Program-made: the position numbers and the translations under genes
The notes under the pieces: model-generated
Told to the model about the DNA's origin: nothing
What the model saw: only the letters and a program-made list of their open reading frames with translations
Databases searched by the model: none
Assembly (NCBI GenBank): GCA_016209525.1
Contig: JACQWK010000125.1
Location: forward strand, 377-64,376
Direction of reading: 5' to 3'
From: Verrucomicrobiota bacterium
GTDB taxonomy: Bacteria; Verrucomicrobiota; Verrucomicrobiia; Limisphaerales; SIBE01
Length of the DNA stretch: 64,000 nucleotides
In this document: in pieces, positions 17,807 to 27,137 of the stretch
Numbering within the stretch: position 1 is the stretch's first letter
Layout of the letters: every line of letters starts with the position of its first letter

Positions 17807-19414
17807 ATGAAACCGGTCCACATCACACTGATAATCCTCGCCGCTAGCCTCTGCCGCGGCGATCAATCCACCTCGGATCCGCCGCGCTGGGCGATGGCTG
17901 GAGTTGCTGACACAAGCGGTGCCTCCAAGGCCGTGAGCGCTTCGCGTGAGGAGGCGGTGATTCTTACCCCGCCGCCGCCGCGCGCCCCGCGGATCAACGG
18001 CGCCAAAATTTTCGGCGTTCGTCCAGGCTCGCCATTTCTTTTCACAATCCCTGCGACCGGCGACCGGCCCATGGTTTTCGCCGTGGAAAACCTCCCGGCC
18101 GGTTTGAAGATGGACGCCCAGACGGGGCAAATCAGCGGCGTCGTGAGCAGCCGTGGCGAGTACACCGTTACCTTCAAGGCCTCCAATGCGCTGGGCCGCG
18201 CCGAACGCAAATTCAAAATCGTCTGCGGCGACACGCTGGCGCTGACGCCTCACATGGGGTGGAACAGTTGGTATGTGTGGGAGAATCATGTCACGGACAA
18301 AATCATGAGGGAGGCGGCCGATGCCATGGTCGCCAGCGGCATGATCAATCACGGCTACATGTACGTGAACATCGACGATTGCTGGTCGGTCAAGCCTGGC
18401 TCCAAAGATCCCAGCCTGGGCGGTGAACTTCGCGATGCTCAAGGCAAGGTCAACTCAAACCGCCGCTTCCCGGATATGAAGGCGTTGACGGACTACATCC
18501 ACTCAAAGGGTCTCAAAGCCGGCATCTACACATCGCCCGGACCGCTGACCTGCGCCGGGCATGTCGGCGCGTACGGACATGAAATTCAGGACGCGGAGCG
18601 ATTCGCCGAATGGGGTTTCGACTTCCTTAAGTACGACTGGTGTTCCTACGGGAAAATCGCGAAGAACAAGAGCCGCGGGGAACTGGAGAAACCTTATCGG
18701 CTGATCGGCGACATCCTCAAAAAACAGCCGCGGGACATCGTTTTGAACTTGTGCCAATACGGCATGGGCAGCGTCTGGGAATGGGGACAAGAGGTGGGCG
18801 GGCATAGCTGGCGCACGGCGGGCGATCTCGGCCTCTCCTTTGAAGGAATTGCCACGGCGCTGTTCCGAGACGGCTTCGATGTTTATTCGCGGAACGAGCT
18901 CCACAAGTTCGGCGGACCTGGCGCGTGGAATGATCCCGATTATCTTTTGCTCGGTTATCTCAGCAATTGGAAAGGCGCGACCGCGCCCACGCCGCTGACC
19001 CCGAACGAACAATACACTCACGTGTCGCTTTGGTGTCTTCTGGCGGCGCCGTTGATCTTCAGCGGCGACATCACCCGGCTCGACGCGTTCACTCTGAGCC
19101 TCCTTACCAACGACGAAGTCATCGAAGTCGATCAGGACCCGCTCGGCAAACCCGGACGCCGCGCGGCGAAGGAAGACAACCTTGAAGTCTGGGCCAAGGA
19201 AATGGAAGACGGCTCGAAAGCGGTCGGTCTGTTCAATCGCGGTGAAGTCGAAGCGAGGGTCACTGTGAAATGGCCGGACTTGGGGCTACGAGGCAAACAG
19301 ACGGTCCGCGACCTCTGGCGTCAGAAAGACCTCGGTACATTTGAAGGTCAATTCCAAACCTCAGTTCCCCGCCACGGGGTCGTCCTGGTGAAGATGGCGG
19401 CGCTCGCGCACTGA
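17807..19414 (+). CDS. GH27 alpha-galactosidase-like glycoside hydrolase with an N-terminal Ig/cadherin-like domain
   Basis: Signal peptide. 'HMGWNSWYVWENHV...GYMYVNIDDCW' and 'FLKYDWC' are GH27 hallmarks. Confidence 0.85.
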   Translation: MKPVHITLIILAASLCRGDQSTSDPPRWAMAGVADTSGASKAVSASREEAVILTPPPPRAPRINGAKIFGVRPGSPFLFTIPATGDRPMVFAVENLPAGLKMDAQTGQISGVVSSRGEYTVTFKASNALGRAERKFKIVCGDTLALTPHMGWNSWYVWENHVTDKIMREAADAMVASGMINHGYMYVNIDDCWSVKPGSKDPSLGGELRDAQGKVNSNRRFPDMKALTDYIHSKGLKAGIYTSPGPLTCAGHVGAYGHEIQDAERFAEWGFDFLKYDWCSYGKIAKNKSRGELEKPYRLIGDILKKQPRDIVLNLCQYGMGSVWEWGQEVGGHSWRTAGDLGLSFEGIATALFRDGFDVYSRNELHKFGGPGAWNDPDYLLLGYLSNWKGATAPTPLTPNEQYTHVSLWCLLAAPLIFSGDITRLDAFTLSLLTNDEVIEVDQDPLGKPGRRAAKEDNLEVWAKEMEDGSKAVGLFNRGEVEARVTVKWPDLGLRGKQTVRDLWRQKDLGTFEGQFQTSVPRHGVVLVKMAALAH

Positions 19415-19434
19415 TCGTAAGTATCCAAACGGAA

Positions 19435-19582
19435 ATGGGGAGCACACGCGCCTTCGCGTGTTCCGATCGGCGCCTCGCCGGTCGGAATGAGGGAGCGATT
19501 CACGCTTCCAACGATGACCTCTTTCTAAACTCGAGAGTGGCCGGCGGGGGCGCCGACCGCGGCAAGCGCGTGTGCTCCCCAT
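19435..19582. repeat. 148-bp MITE-like element with perfect 17-bp terminal inverted repeats
   Basis: 'atggggagcacacgcgc' at 19435-19451 and 'gcgcgtgtgctccccat' at 19566-19582. Confidence 0.7.
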
Positions 19583-19621
19583 CTGAACAGAATGCTTCCG
19601 CAGGGCTGCATCAAGCTCTCC

Positions 19622-19728
19622 ATCCTCTCCCCGCGAGGAACGAGTGGGGAGAGGATCGAGGAGAGGGGGAACCAACAAATACGCGCCTCCTCTCTCCAGC
19701 CCTCTCCTCCATCAGATGGAGGAGAGGG
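19622..19728. repeat. two family A hairpins in tandem
   Basis: 'atcctctcccc...ggggagaggat' at about 19622-19656 and 'ccctctcctccatcagatggaggagaggg' at 19700-19728. Confidence 0.6.
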
Positions 19729-19857
19729 AGGATTTCGCGAGCTTGATGCAGCCTTGATGCCTCCGGCTCAAAAAGAATTCTGTCGTGCGCCCTCAGGCGC
19801 GGAATGGTTCCCTTTCCTCTCGGTTCCGCCTCAGCAAACGTTTAAACTGCGGTTCTT

Positions 19858-20650
19858 ATGCAAGCCCGGTTCTGGTTTCCTCTACTCTGCGCCCTGAGCG
19901 CTCGCGGAGCCGATCTGTCCACCGCAAGCAACAGTTTCACGTTCGCCCTTTCGCCGCCGGCTGCCCCGAGCCTGCTTCTCCCCGACTCTCCGTTCGGCAT
20001 CAACACCGCCTTCAATCCCAGCGCATCCGATCTCGAGGCGCGCCTCCAGGCCATGCAGCAGGCCGGCCTCAAGTGGGGCCGGCAGGATTTCACGTGGCGG
20101 CGGATCGAGAAGACTCTGTTTCAACACGCACATCCATCCCTACGGCGTCTCGGAGTTGCGCCAGGCCGATCTGCTCGTGCGCTTTTACGTGCAGGCCATC
20201 GCGTCGCGAAAGATCGACAAGATTTTTTGGTGGACGCTCAAGGACGGCGGCGGCCAGCAGTTTGACGCGGCCGAAATGGTGGGCCTGATGCGTGCCGACC
20301 TCACCCCCAAATATGCTTACCAAGCTTACGCCGTGATGACTCGCATGCTCGAAGGCAAGAAATGGGTGCGCAATGACGCCTTTGGGCCGGACGTGTTCGC
20401 CTGCGTCTTCACGGACGAGGCGAAGGGCGAGGACACGATTGTGGCGTGGGCGAACAAGCCTTACGCCTACGCCCGGATCAATAATACCGAGCGCGGCCTG
20501 ACCCAATACGACGTGTTCGGCACCAAGCGAGTGGTCACCTACAACAAAGTGCGCACGGGCGCGAATCCGTTCCCGTTCGGCGAAAGCCCCATCTATATCG
20601 TGGGACCGAAAGGATTGAAGGTGAACGTGCACCCGGATCCCGGGTGGTAG
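19858..20650 (+). pseudogene. TIM-barrel glycoside hydrolase (GH39/GH5-like) with its catalytic core deleted
   Basis: Frame 1 encodes a signal peptide plus 'SPFGINTAF...AGLKWGRQDFTWRRIEK' and then degenerates. Frame 2 resumes at 'GVSELRQADLLVRFYVQAI...' and continues to the C-terminus. Only about 250 codons of recognisable sequence remain. Confidence 0.6.
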
Positions 20651-21457
20651 GCGCAGACTTCCTGGACCCGTGGAAAAGGAGTGATCCTCGGCCCGCAGAA
20701 TGCGCCGAACCCCCAGAAAACTTTTCGGCGTTATTCAGCGTATTCTGCGGCGTCTCAGACACGTTCCAGCGTTGAGAGACTTGTCAGCGCCCTGCCGATT
20801 AAAAATCGGCGATACGGCAGATTGGAAATTCGTTTTTTGCACTTTTCTGGGCCTTTCATTCGGTTTCTTCAGTACTCACCATTGCATGGATTCTATTGAT
20901 CTAAAAGGTCTTGTGGCCCGTCTATGTTGGCATTCCAAGAATTCCTCGAAAGTGGCACAATTTGTGGCACAAGCATCCCTGCCCCCGCCGACTGACGCTG
21001 CCGCTTCAACCGTTCTTTCCGCTTTCTTCTCATTCCGCGAATTGGTCCGGAGCCATCAGTTCTTCCCGTTAGAAGATGCTTTCCGATCCGTTCGAGATTG
21101 ACGAGACCTCTCACGAATTGATTGGGCCAGGCACAGCCCACAGCCTCGATTTGTTAAACCGAAAGACCGAGGCTTCTCAGTTTGTCCCGCCGTTCTGGAC
21201 TGTCCGACTGCTCCCTTGTAAGAGCAATACCAGGCCAGGCTGCCCGGATCACATTCATGACCGACCGATAATCCTCGACCTTCGTCCCAAGTTGAAATCG
21301 GGCCAATGGTGAACGTCTTCCCCAACACGGCGGCGCCGTCTCGTCGTTTTTGCCCCAGATTCGTCTTCACAGATTGCCTAATCGATTCGCCACGTCAGGG
21401 TCGGACCGATGCGTTTCAGCAGTGATGCGCTCAAACAATCCCAATCACTGATCCTTG

Positions 21458-23698
21458 TCACCGAGCGATGCGGTACTGGGGCAATCGGCGAAGAACCCAC
21501 CTGACAAAACTTGAACGAGGTTGAAGCTCTCTGATTACCCATTTTACGATGTCGGCGTGATTCGCGTGCTCGTATTTTCGATGATGGTAGTTCATCAACT
21601 TCTTTAGTTCGTTCGGGAGATTCCTCTCCTCAAGCAAGGGTTCCGTGACTGCGTTGACGATAATGATCGTACGGTCCGTGGCGAACGCCTGATTGATTTC
21701 CTGCCGTACCCAGTCCTCCGGATCGTGAAGCCGCTGGACTGCGTTGCCGGTCAACAGCAAGAGGAAATTCGGAGCATCTTGAATCTCGTGAAGCAAACGC
21801 TCAGGAAACTGCTCCGCCCCGATTTCCTTGTCCATTGATGCAGCCTTGCCTGCCAGTGCCAACTCAGCGTGGAAGGCATTGGCGAGCGCGCCGCCACTCG
21901 TGTGATGGTAGCTGATAAAGACGACCGGCCAACCAAGTTCGCGCCGGTTGATCCAGATCGCGGTTAACGTCGTCGCGAGCACGGGGAACTCCCAGACGGC
22001 GAGCCAATTGAACCAGACACCTAGCCATCGGTGTGTAAGCAGTCCGATAGCGACTCCCCCCAAACCGAGTGCGGCGCCGATCAGGAAAGCACATCCGGAT
22101 CGAAAACAGCAAAGGCTGAGAGCAAAGACCCCACCCGAGATGATTCCCAAAACGGTTTCCGTGTTTTTTCCTGGCCGGGAGAGCCAATCACCGCAAAGAA
22201 TATTGTCAAAGGCGGTCGCATGAATCTCGACGCCGGGCATGCGTTTCCCTCCGAACCTTGTCCACGGATTGCCGAAGATATCCATCGTCGCCCCCACCAC
22301 ACCAAGCGTACTATCGCCACCGACGAAAACTACTTTTCCCTGAAGCTCATCAATGTGGTTGGTGATCTCATGGAGGGCGACCTTCCTGAACACATCCCCG
22401 GGTCTACCCCGATAGTTCAGCCAAAGAGTGCCCGCTTGACTGGCTCTCTCCACCTTATTGCCGTCGAAAAACCTTGCCGCTTTCCAAATCAGAGTTGTGC
22501 GATCGGGAAGATCAACTACCGAGTCTTGATCAAATTCGATAAGCTTCCCGAACGTGCGGATTACGAAGTCGGGATCGATGGGCCTGAATGCGATCAGCCC
22601 AACTTGGTTGGATGGGATGCTGAGCGACGGAGACGGTGGCAGTGAGACGACTCGGATTGGGGGATCGCTCGCAGTTGGCGTTTCAATGTAGCCAGCACCC
22701 ACGAAGACTTCGCCCTGCCGGATCAACTCTCCCAATTTCCGATCAGTGTCCGCGTCTTGTATCTTGCTCGCGAGGACCAAGTCCATCACCACCAATTTCG
22801 GCTTTGCTTTCTCCAACGTATCCAACAAATGGACGAAATGCTTGCGGTCCAAGGTGCCATCGGGACCACGGTTGTAGTTGGGCTGTCGAAAGGTCTCGTC
22901 ATTTACGACCACTAATGCTATCTCATCGACCTTGACCGGCTGAGAGGTGACAAAAGGAAGATCGTAGCAGAACCTGGCAAGAATACTATCGTAGTTGGCC
23001 CACACAAAGCCCCCGGCGAAAACCGACAAAATCACGGCCGGCCAGTAGGCTTTCTGCAATCGACGTTCTAGTGCCAGTTTAAGACGCCTTCGCCGGTGGC
23101 CCAATTTCACCAGCCATGCCGCCACCTGCGAGAGTATGCTCTTGTCCTTGAGCACTTCAGATATCCGAGCTTCAACCACGCCAAGCTCTCTTAGGCGACC
23201 GGCGTCAAATGCATTCAGCAGCCGTTCAGCGTTGTCTGGGTCGACTTCCCAGCTCGGCGACGAACTCGTGGCCTCTTGTTCGTACCGACTGACTTTGGAC
23301 CCCGGACGGCAAAATGCCTTTAGAAAGTCCGATATTCTATTTTCATCTTCATCGGAAAAACTGGCTCGATCGCCCGATAGCTCTAGAGTTAGTCTTGCCA
23401 AAGGTTCCGAGTAGCGATTGAGCCGTTTGACCAGCTCGGTCCGAGCATGCCGAACCTCCTCCTCCGTAATGCCCTTAGCTTGTCGTGTTATCGAGTCGTA
23501 CTGATTATGATGACGCAAACAGAGAAAAACGAGGTTGTCTTCCGAGGCATTCGAAGGATCGTCATCGATGTGGGCGATCTGGCCGTCCTTTTGAGATTCG
23601 TCTCGTTCCAAGTGCGCGCACAGACAACATCTTCGCCGACAGGAAATGAGGACTCTGGCCTCCACAGCCTTAGGAATTGGCTTCCTTGGTTTTGGCAT
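21458..23698 (-). CDS. membrane protein: N-terminal HNH-like nuclease/zinc-finger domain, TM, periplasmic CHASE2 sensor, three TMs, C-terminal TIR domain
   Basis: 746 aa. HNH-like region at aa 20-67 ('CRRRCCLCAH...GQIAHIDDDPSNASEDNLVFLCLRHHNQYD'). CHASE2-like region at aa ~255-510 ('IALVVVNDETF...KLVVMDLVLAS...GVEIHATAFDNIL'). Three hydrophobic helices at aa ~515-585. TIR-like region at aa 592-746 ('VVFISYHH...FLLLLTGNAVQRLHDPEDWVRQEINQA'). SD-like 'GAAGGAA' upstream of the ATG. Confidence 0.8.
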   Translation of the reverse strand: MPKPRKPIPKAVEARVLISCRRRCCLCAHLERDESQKDGQIAHIDDDPSNASEDNLVFLCLRHHNQYDSITRQAKGITEEEVRHARTELVKRLNRYSEPLARLTLELSGDRASFSDEDENRISDFLKAFCRPGSKVSRYEQEATSSSPSWEVDPDNAERLLNAFDAGRLRELGVVEARISEVLKDKSILSQVAAWLVKLGHRRRRLKLALERRLQKAYWPAVILSVFAGGFVWANYDSILARFCYDLPFVTSQPVKVDEIALVVVNDETFRQPNYNRGPDGTLDRKHFVHLLDTLEKAKPKLVVMDLVLASKIQDADTDRKLGELIRQGEVFVGAGYIETPTASDPPIRVVSLPPSPSLSIPSNQVGLIAFRPIDPDFVIRTFGKLIEFDQDSVVDLPDRTTLIWKAARFFDGNKVERASQAGTLWLNYRGRPGDVFRKVALHEITNHIDELQGKVVFVGGDSTLGVVGATMDIFGNPWTRFGGKRMPGVEIHATAFDNILCGDWLSRPGKNTETVLGIISGGVFALSLCCFRSGCAFLIGAALGLGGVAIGLLTHRWLGVWFNWLAVWEFPVLATTLTAIWINRRELGWPVVFISYHHTSGGALANAFHAELALAGKAASMDKEIGAEQFPERLLHEIQDAPNFLLLLTGNAVQRLHDPEDWVRQEINQAFATDRTIIIVNAVTEPLLEERNLPNELKKLMNYHHRKYEHANHADIVKWVIRELQPRSSFVRWVLRRLPQYRIAR

Positions 23699-23726
23699 GG
23701 TTCTTATTCCTTCGAGAATTCGGCAT

Positions 23727-26700
23727 TCACAGATTCAGCCGAAGGCGCACGAAGAATACACGCTCGCGCGGCAGTTCCGACACGGCGCTCAAAGGCGCAA
23801 GTCTGTAGTCGTCGTCGAGCAGGTTCATCACTCCAAGCGAGAGTTCTCCGTATTGCCGAGGAAAGCGCCAACCGGCTTCGAGATCGAACTGCGCATGTTG
23901 TTCGTCGTGTTCCGCTGCAATCCGGGCGACTCCGTTGATCTCTCCCGAATCCTTCTGCCACCACCACAAAGCCATGGCCCGTCCGAACCAGCCGTTGGCC
24001 GCGTTGAACAACGCCTGCAAGCGCAGCGTGTGCATGTCGGCTTCCTCGGCCGACGTGAACGTCATCGACGGTATGTCTCGATCCAGTTGAGCGCGGCTGA
24101 GCTCGTACTTCCCGCCGAAAGACCAGTTTGCGCCGACCAGTTGATTGACTGTGAACTGGATCGCCTGTTCCTCGTATCGTAAGAATTCGATCGTCTGACC
24201 GGGTTGCCCAGGAGGGGCCCAACTGAAACTGGGGTCGAACTCGAACAGACCTAACGTCCGATCCACAGCCGACCGTGTGATGGTCGCTTGCGCGCCAAGG
24301 AAAGTCCGCGTCGGCAGCTTCACGTCGAGCGCCAGACCGCCAAGATCGAGCCGATGCCCGCTGACCGAACCGACGATTGACTCCGGAATCACCGTGCGAA
24401 ACGCCTGGCTGAAGCCGGCCAGTTGCACGGGTTCGAGTCGGTAGCTTTCGTCGAAGCTCACGCCACCGAGCGACTGAGCGAACATGCCGCGCACCGACAG
24501 TGAGTCCGTCGGACGCCAGATCAGCGCCGCCTTGGGCAGAAGACGCGACTGATCGACGCTGCCTCCGCTGATGGGGGGATGCCTGAAGTTCCGAGGTGAA
24601 TCGAGCGTATCATATTGAAGTCCCGCAGTGAACGATAGCCGTTCCAGTGCTTGCCAGGTGTCATAGGCGTACAAGGAAAGTCGCGAGAATTCCTCGCCGA
24701 TCACGGCGTCATGAAACACGCCGGTGCCCGCCGTATCACCGAAAAAAGAGGAAACCCTGGGATCGCCTGTGAGCCGGTCGCTGGTGGTGAACTCCCCTAC
24801 CTGAACGCGCCCACCCGCAACCAGCGTATTACTATTGAATTGGGCAATGTGGTTGAGTTCACCCATGTAGGTTTCGAAGCGCCCTCGATAAGCGAGGTCG
24901 AGGAGCAGGTCCTGTGGATTTGCCGGGCTGCCAACGAGCACCGTCTTCGTTGTCCCGAGATCCCGAAAGCGCTGGTCATTTTCAAGCCGGCCAGCCAGCG
25001 CCAACGTCTGGTGACCGGGCGACCACTCATGACGCCATATCCCGATGGCAATAGGTTCTTGCCTTTCATCAAATCGGAAGTGCGGCCGGGGGTTGGCGGG
25101 GTCGCGATACTGAAAATTGTCGCCCGATTCATAATCCTGGAACTTCGTCAGCAGGAGTGCCGTATCCGTTCGTGAGATCTGCTGTTTGATTTGCGCATAA
25201 ACCTCAATGCGCTCGAGATCGTTGTTCGGACGCACTCCATCGTTGTGCTGGAAATCCAGATCGACCGCGTAGGCCGAACGGCCAAACACTCCGCTTTGCG
25301 TGGCCAACTGACGAAACTGCCCGTCACTCCGAGCCTCGCCGAATGACGACAAAAAGAAGCCGTCACGCGCGAACAACCGGGTGTATTCCTGGTGCGTCAA
25401 GCCGGGGGATAGGATGCCGGAATCGACGGGTGCCAGCGCATTGGCCAGGAGCAGCTCGTTGAACCACGCGGTTTCGTAGCGCAGATTAAAGCGGGTTGGG
25501 TCACGAAGTGCGTTGAAACTATCCGCCAGAAAGAGATGCGCGGACGGATTCGCGTAGTCGTAAGACACGGCATGAGCGGCCTCGCGCAGCGCGACTTCGG
25601 GCATGCCTGCCCGCAGATAAAGCCGGGCAAGGCTTGTGGCACGGACGGCGCGGTCTTGATCCAGCAGCAACTGAGAACGGTAAACCGCGCGATTGTCGTT
25701 GAGCTTAAGCGAACGCTCCAGGTCAGCGATAGCCTCGTTGACTCGATTCTGCGCGTATAGATCAAGGGCAGAGTAAAGCCACGGAGTCGGATCATTTGGA
25801 TCCAATCCCCGGGCCAACTCAAGCTGCGCCTGGGCGTGCTTGATGTCGTAAGTTTCCGCAAAGGCCTTGCCGAGATAACTGCGCAAAAGAGATCGGTTGC
25901 CTCCCACCAGCGCAGCCGCCTGAATATCATCCAACCCCGCGCGCTTTTCCCCCGCGCGAAACCAGAGCAGTCCGCTCCCGAGCCAGCCTTCCGGCAGCAT
26001 GGGATCGAGGTCGCGCGCCTTATCGAAGCTCAGGCGCGCTTCGTCGATTCGGTTCTCCGCCGCCAACACGAAACCGCGCATCGCGTAAGCAGCGGCGTGC
26101 TCAGGGCTATTGGCCAAGGCTTTGTCCAGGGCCTCGCGCGCCCGACGCAGCCTACCGAGGCTGAATTCCAGCTCGGCGAGCCGAGCCAGGGCAAGGCCAT
26201 TGGTCGGCGAGTAGGCGACAGCCTGAAGCGCAGCGTCTCGAGCCAGTTCAAGGCGATTGGTCATGCCCGTTCGGGCCTGCAACCAAAACGACCGTCCCAG
26301 CCAGGCAGTCGCCGATTTTCCAGGGTCATTTGTGACCATGTCGGTGTGTGCCACCACGGCGATCAGCTCTCTCAGACCTCGGACCGTTGGAGAGTCCGCC
26401 TGCACTTGATTGAGGAGCGCCGAGGCGTCACCTGCCTCCCCGGCGGCCAGGCGCAACGCTGCGTAATAAGTCCTGCCGGCGTCCGTCAATTGGGGGAGAG
26501 TCGTGGGAAACTCTCGCCCTGCGGCACGCAGGTTGCCCCGCCGCCATGCGTCCAACGATTGGGCGAAGTTCGCCGCCTCATCCGGTGAAAACTGAAGTTC
26601 CCGCGTGTCGAGGATGGCCGGATAGTAAAGCCACCACTGGACTCGGTTCGTGGCCAGGAGTGCAAACTGCGGAGAAACTTGGTTGGTCTCCAGAATCCGT

Positions 26701-27137
26701 GGCGTTTGACCCTCTTCGGCAATCCCGACTTGGCCCGAGGCAACTTCCACCGTTCCGTTCGTATTCCACAGTCTCACCGTGCCATCAAAGACCCTCACCA
26801 GCGTCCGGCGTGGTCCATTGGATTCCACCAGAACTTCATACTCCGTGTTGATCGCTCCGGCGTTAGCGTAAGGAGTTTGAACCTGTGTGCCCGGCCTTCC
26901 CGTGGCAAACAAACTGACCGCCCCCCAAAACAATTCCATGAAGCTCGGCTTCTTGCGATCGGGCTTGTAGGAGCTTTGCTCGCGCACAACCGCAACAACA
27001 CGGTTCGTAGCCACCAGAACCTCGCGCTCTCCTATCCTGGTTTCCTGCTTGACCTCTTGTGAAACCACATCCAGGGAGATTACGAAGGAAATCACACAGG
27101 CGAAACGAGGCCACCCGAGGATGAATCGCGTCTTCAT
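23727..27137 (-). CDS. outer-membrane protein: signal peptide, FecR-like domain, TPR array, TonB-dependent-receptor-like beta-barrel
   Basis: 1136 aa. FecR-like region at aa ~80-145 ('TLVRVFDGTVRLWNTNGTVEVASGQVG'). About 350 aa of TPR-like helices. C-terminal barrel motifs ('LSFTAGLQYDTLDS', 'LPKAALIWRPTDSLSVRGMFAQS', terminal 'FFVRLRLNL'). The start codon overlaps the upstream stop as ATGA at 27134-27137. Confidence 0.75.
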   Translation of the reverse strand: MKTRFILGWPRFACVISFVISLDVVSQEVKQETRIGEREVLVATNRVVAVVREQSSYKPDRKKPSFMELFWGAVSLFATGRPGTQVQTPYANAGAINTEYEVLVESNGPRRTLVRVFDGTVRLWNTNGTVEVASGQVGIAEEGQTPRILETNQVSPQFALLATNRVQWWLYYPAILDTRELQFSPDEAANFAQSLDAWRRGNLRAAGREFPTTLPQLTDAGRTYYAALRLAAGEAGDASALLNQVQADSPTVRGLRELIAVVAHTDMVTNDPGKSATAWLGRSFWLQARTGMTNRLELARDAALQAVAYSPTNGLALARLAELEFSLGRLRRAREALDKALANSPEHAAAYAMRGFVLAAENRIDEARLSFDKARDLDPMLPEGWLGSGLLWFRAGEKRAGLDDIQAAALVGGNRSLLRSYLGKAFAETYDIKHAQAQLELARGLDPNDPTPWLYSALDLYAQNRVNEAIADLERSLKLNDNRAVYRSQLLLDQDRAVRATSLARLYLRAGMPEVALREAAHAVSYDYANPSAHLFLADSFNALRDPTRFNLRYETAWFNELLLANALAPVDSGILSPGLTHQEYTRLFARDGFFLSSFGEARSDGQFRQLATQSGVFGRSAYAVDLDFQHNDGVRPNNDLERIEVYAQIKQQISRTDTALLLTKFQDYESGDNFQYRDPANPRPHFRFDERQEPIAIGIWRHEWSPGHQTLALAGRLENDQRFRDLGTTKTVLVGSPANPQDLLLDLAYRGRFETYMGELNHIAQFNSNTLVAGGRVQVGEFTTSDRLTGDPRVSSFFGDTAGTGVFHDAVIGEEFSRLSLYAYDTWQALERLSFTAGLQYDTLDSPRNFRHPPISGGSVDQSRLLPKAALIWRPTDSLSVRGMFAQSLGGVSFDESYRLEPVQLAGFSQAFRTVIPESIVGSVSGHRLDLGGLALDVKLPTRTFLGAQATITRSAVDRTLGLFEFDPSFSWAPPGQPGQTIEFLRYEEQAIQFTVNQLVGANWSFGGKYELSRAQLDRDIPSMTFTSAEEADMHTLRLQALFNAANGWFGRAMALWWWQKDSGEINGVARIAAEHDEQHAQFDLEAGWRFPRQYGELSLGVMNLLDDDYRLAPLSAVSELPRERVFFVRLRLNL

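Noticed and set aside
19435-19728. Possible CRISPR array (also considered for 16380-16470 and 49921-50140)
   Set aside because: The repeats are inverted (hairpins) rather than direct. The units differ in sequence and spacing, there are at most 2-3 units, and there are no cas genes.
20700-21101. 133-aa plus-strand ORF in the gene-poor stretch
   Set aside because: Odd composition, no motif, and it overlaps equally long ORFs on the other strand. Treated as non-coding or decayed.
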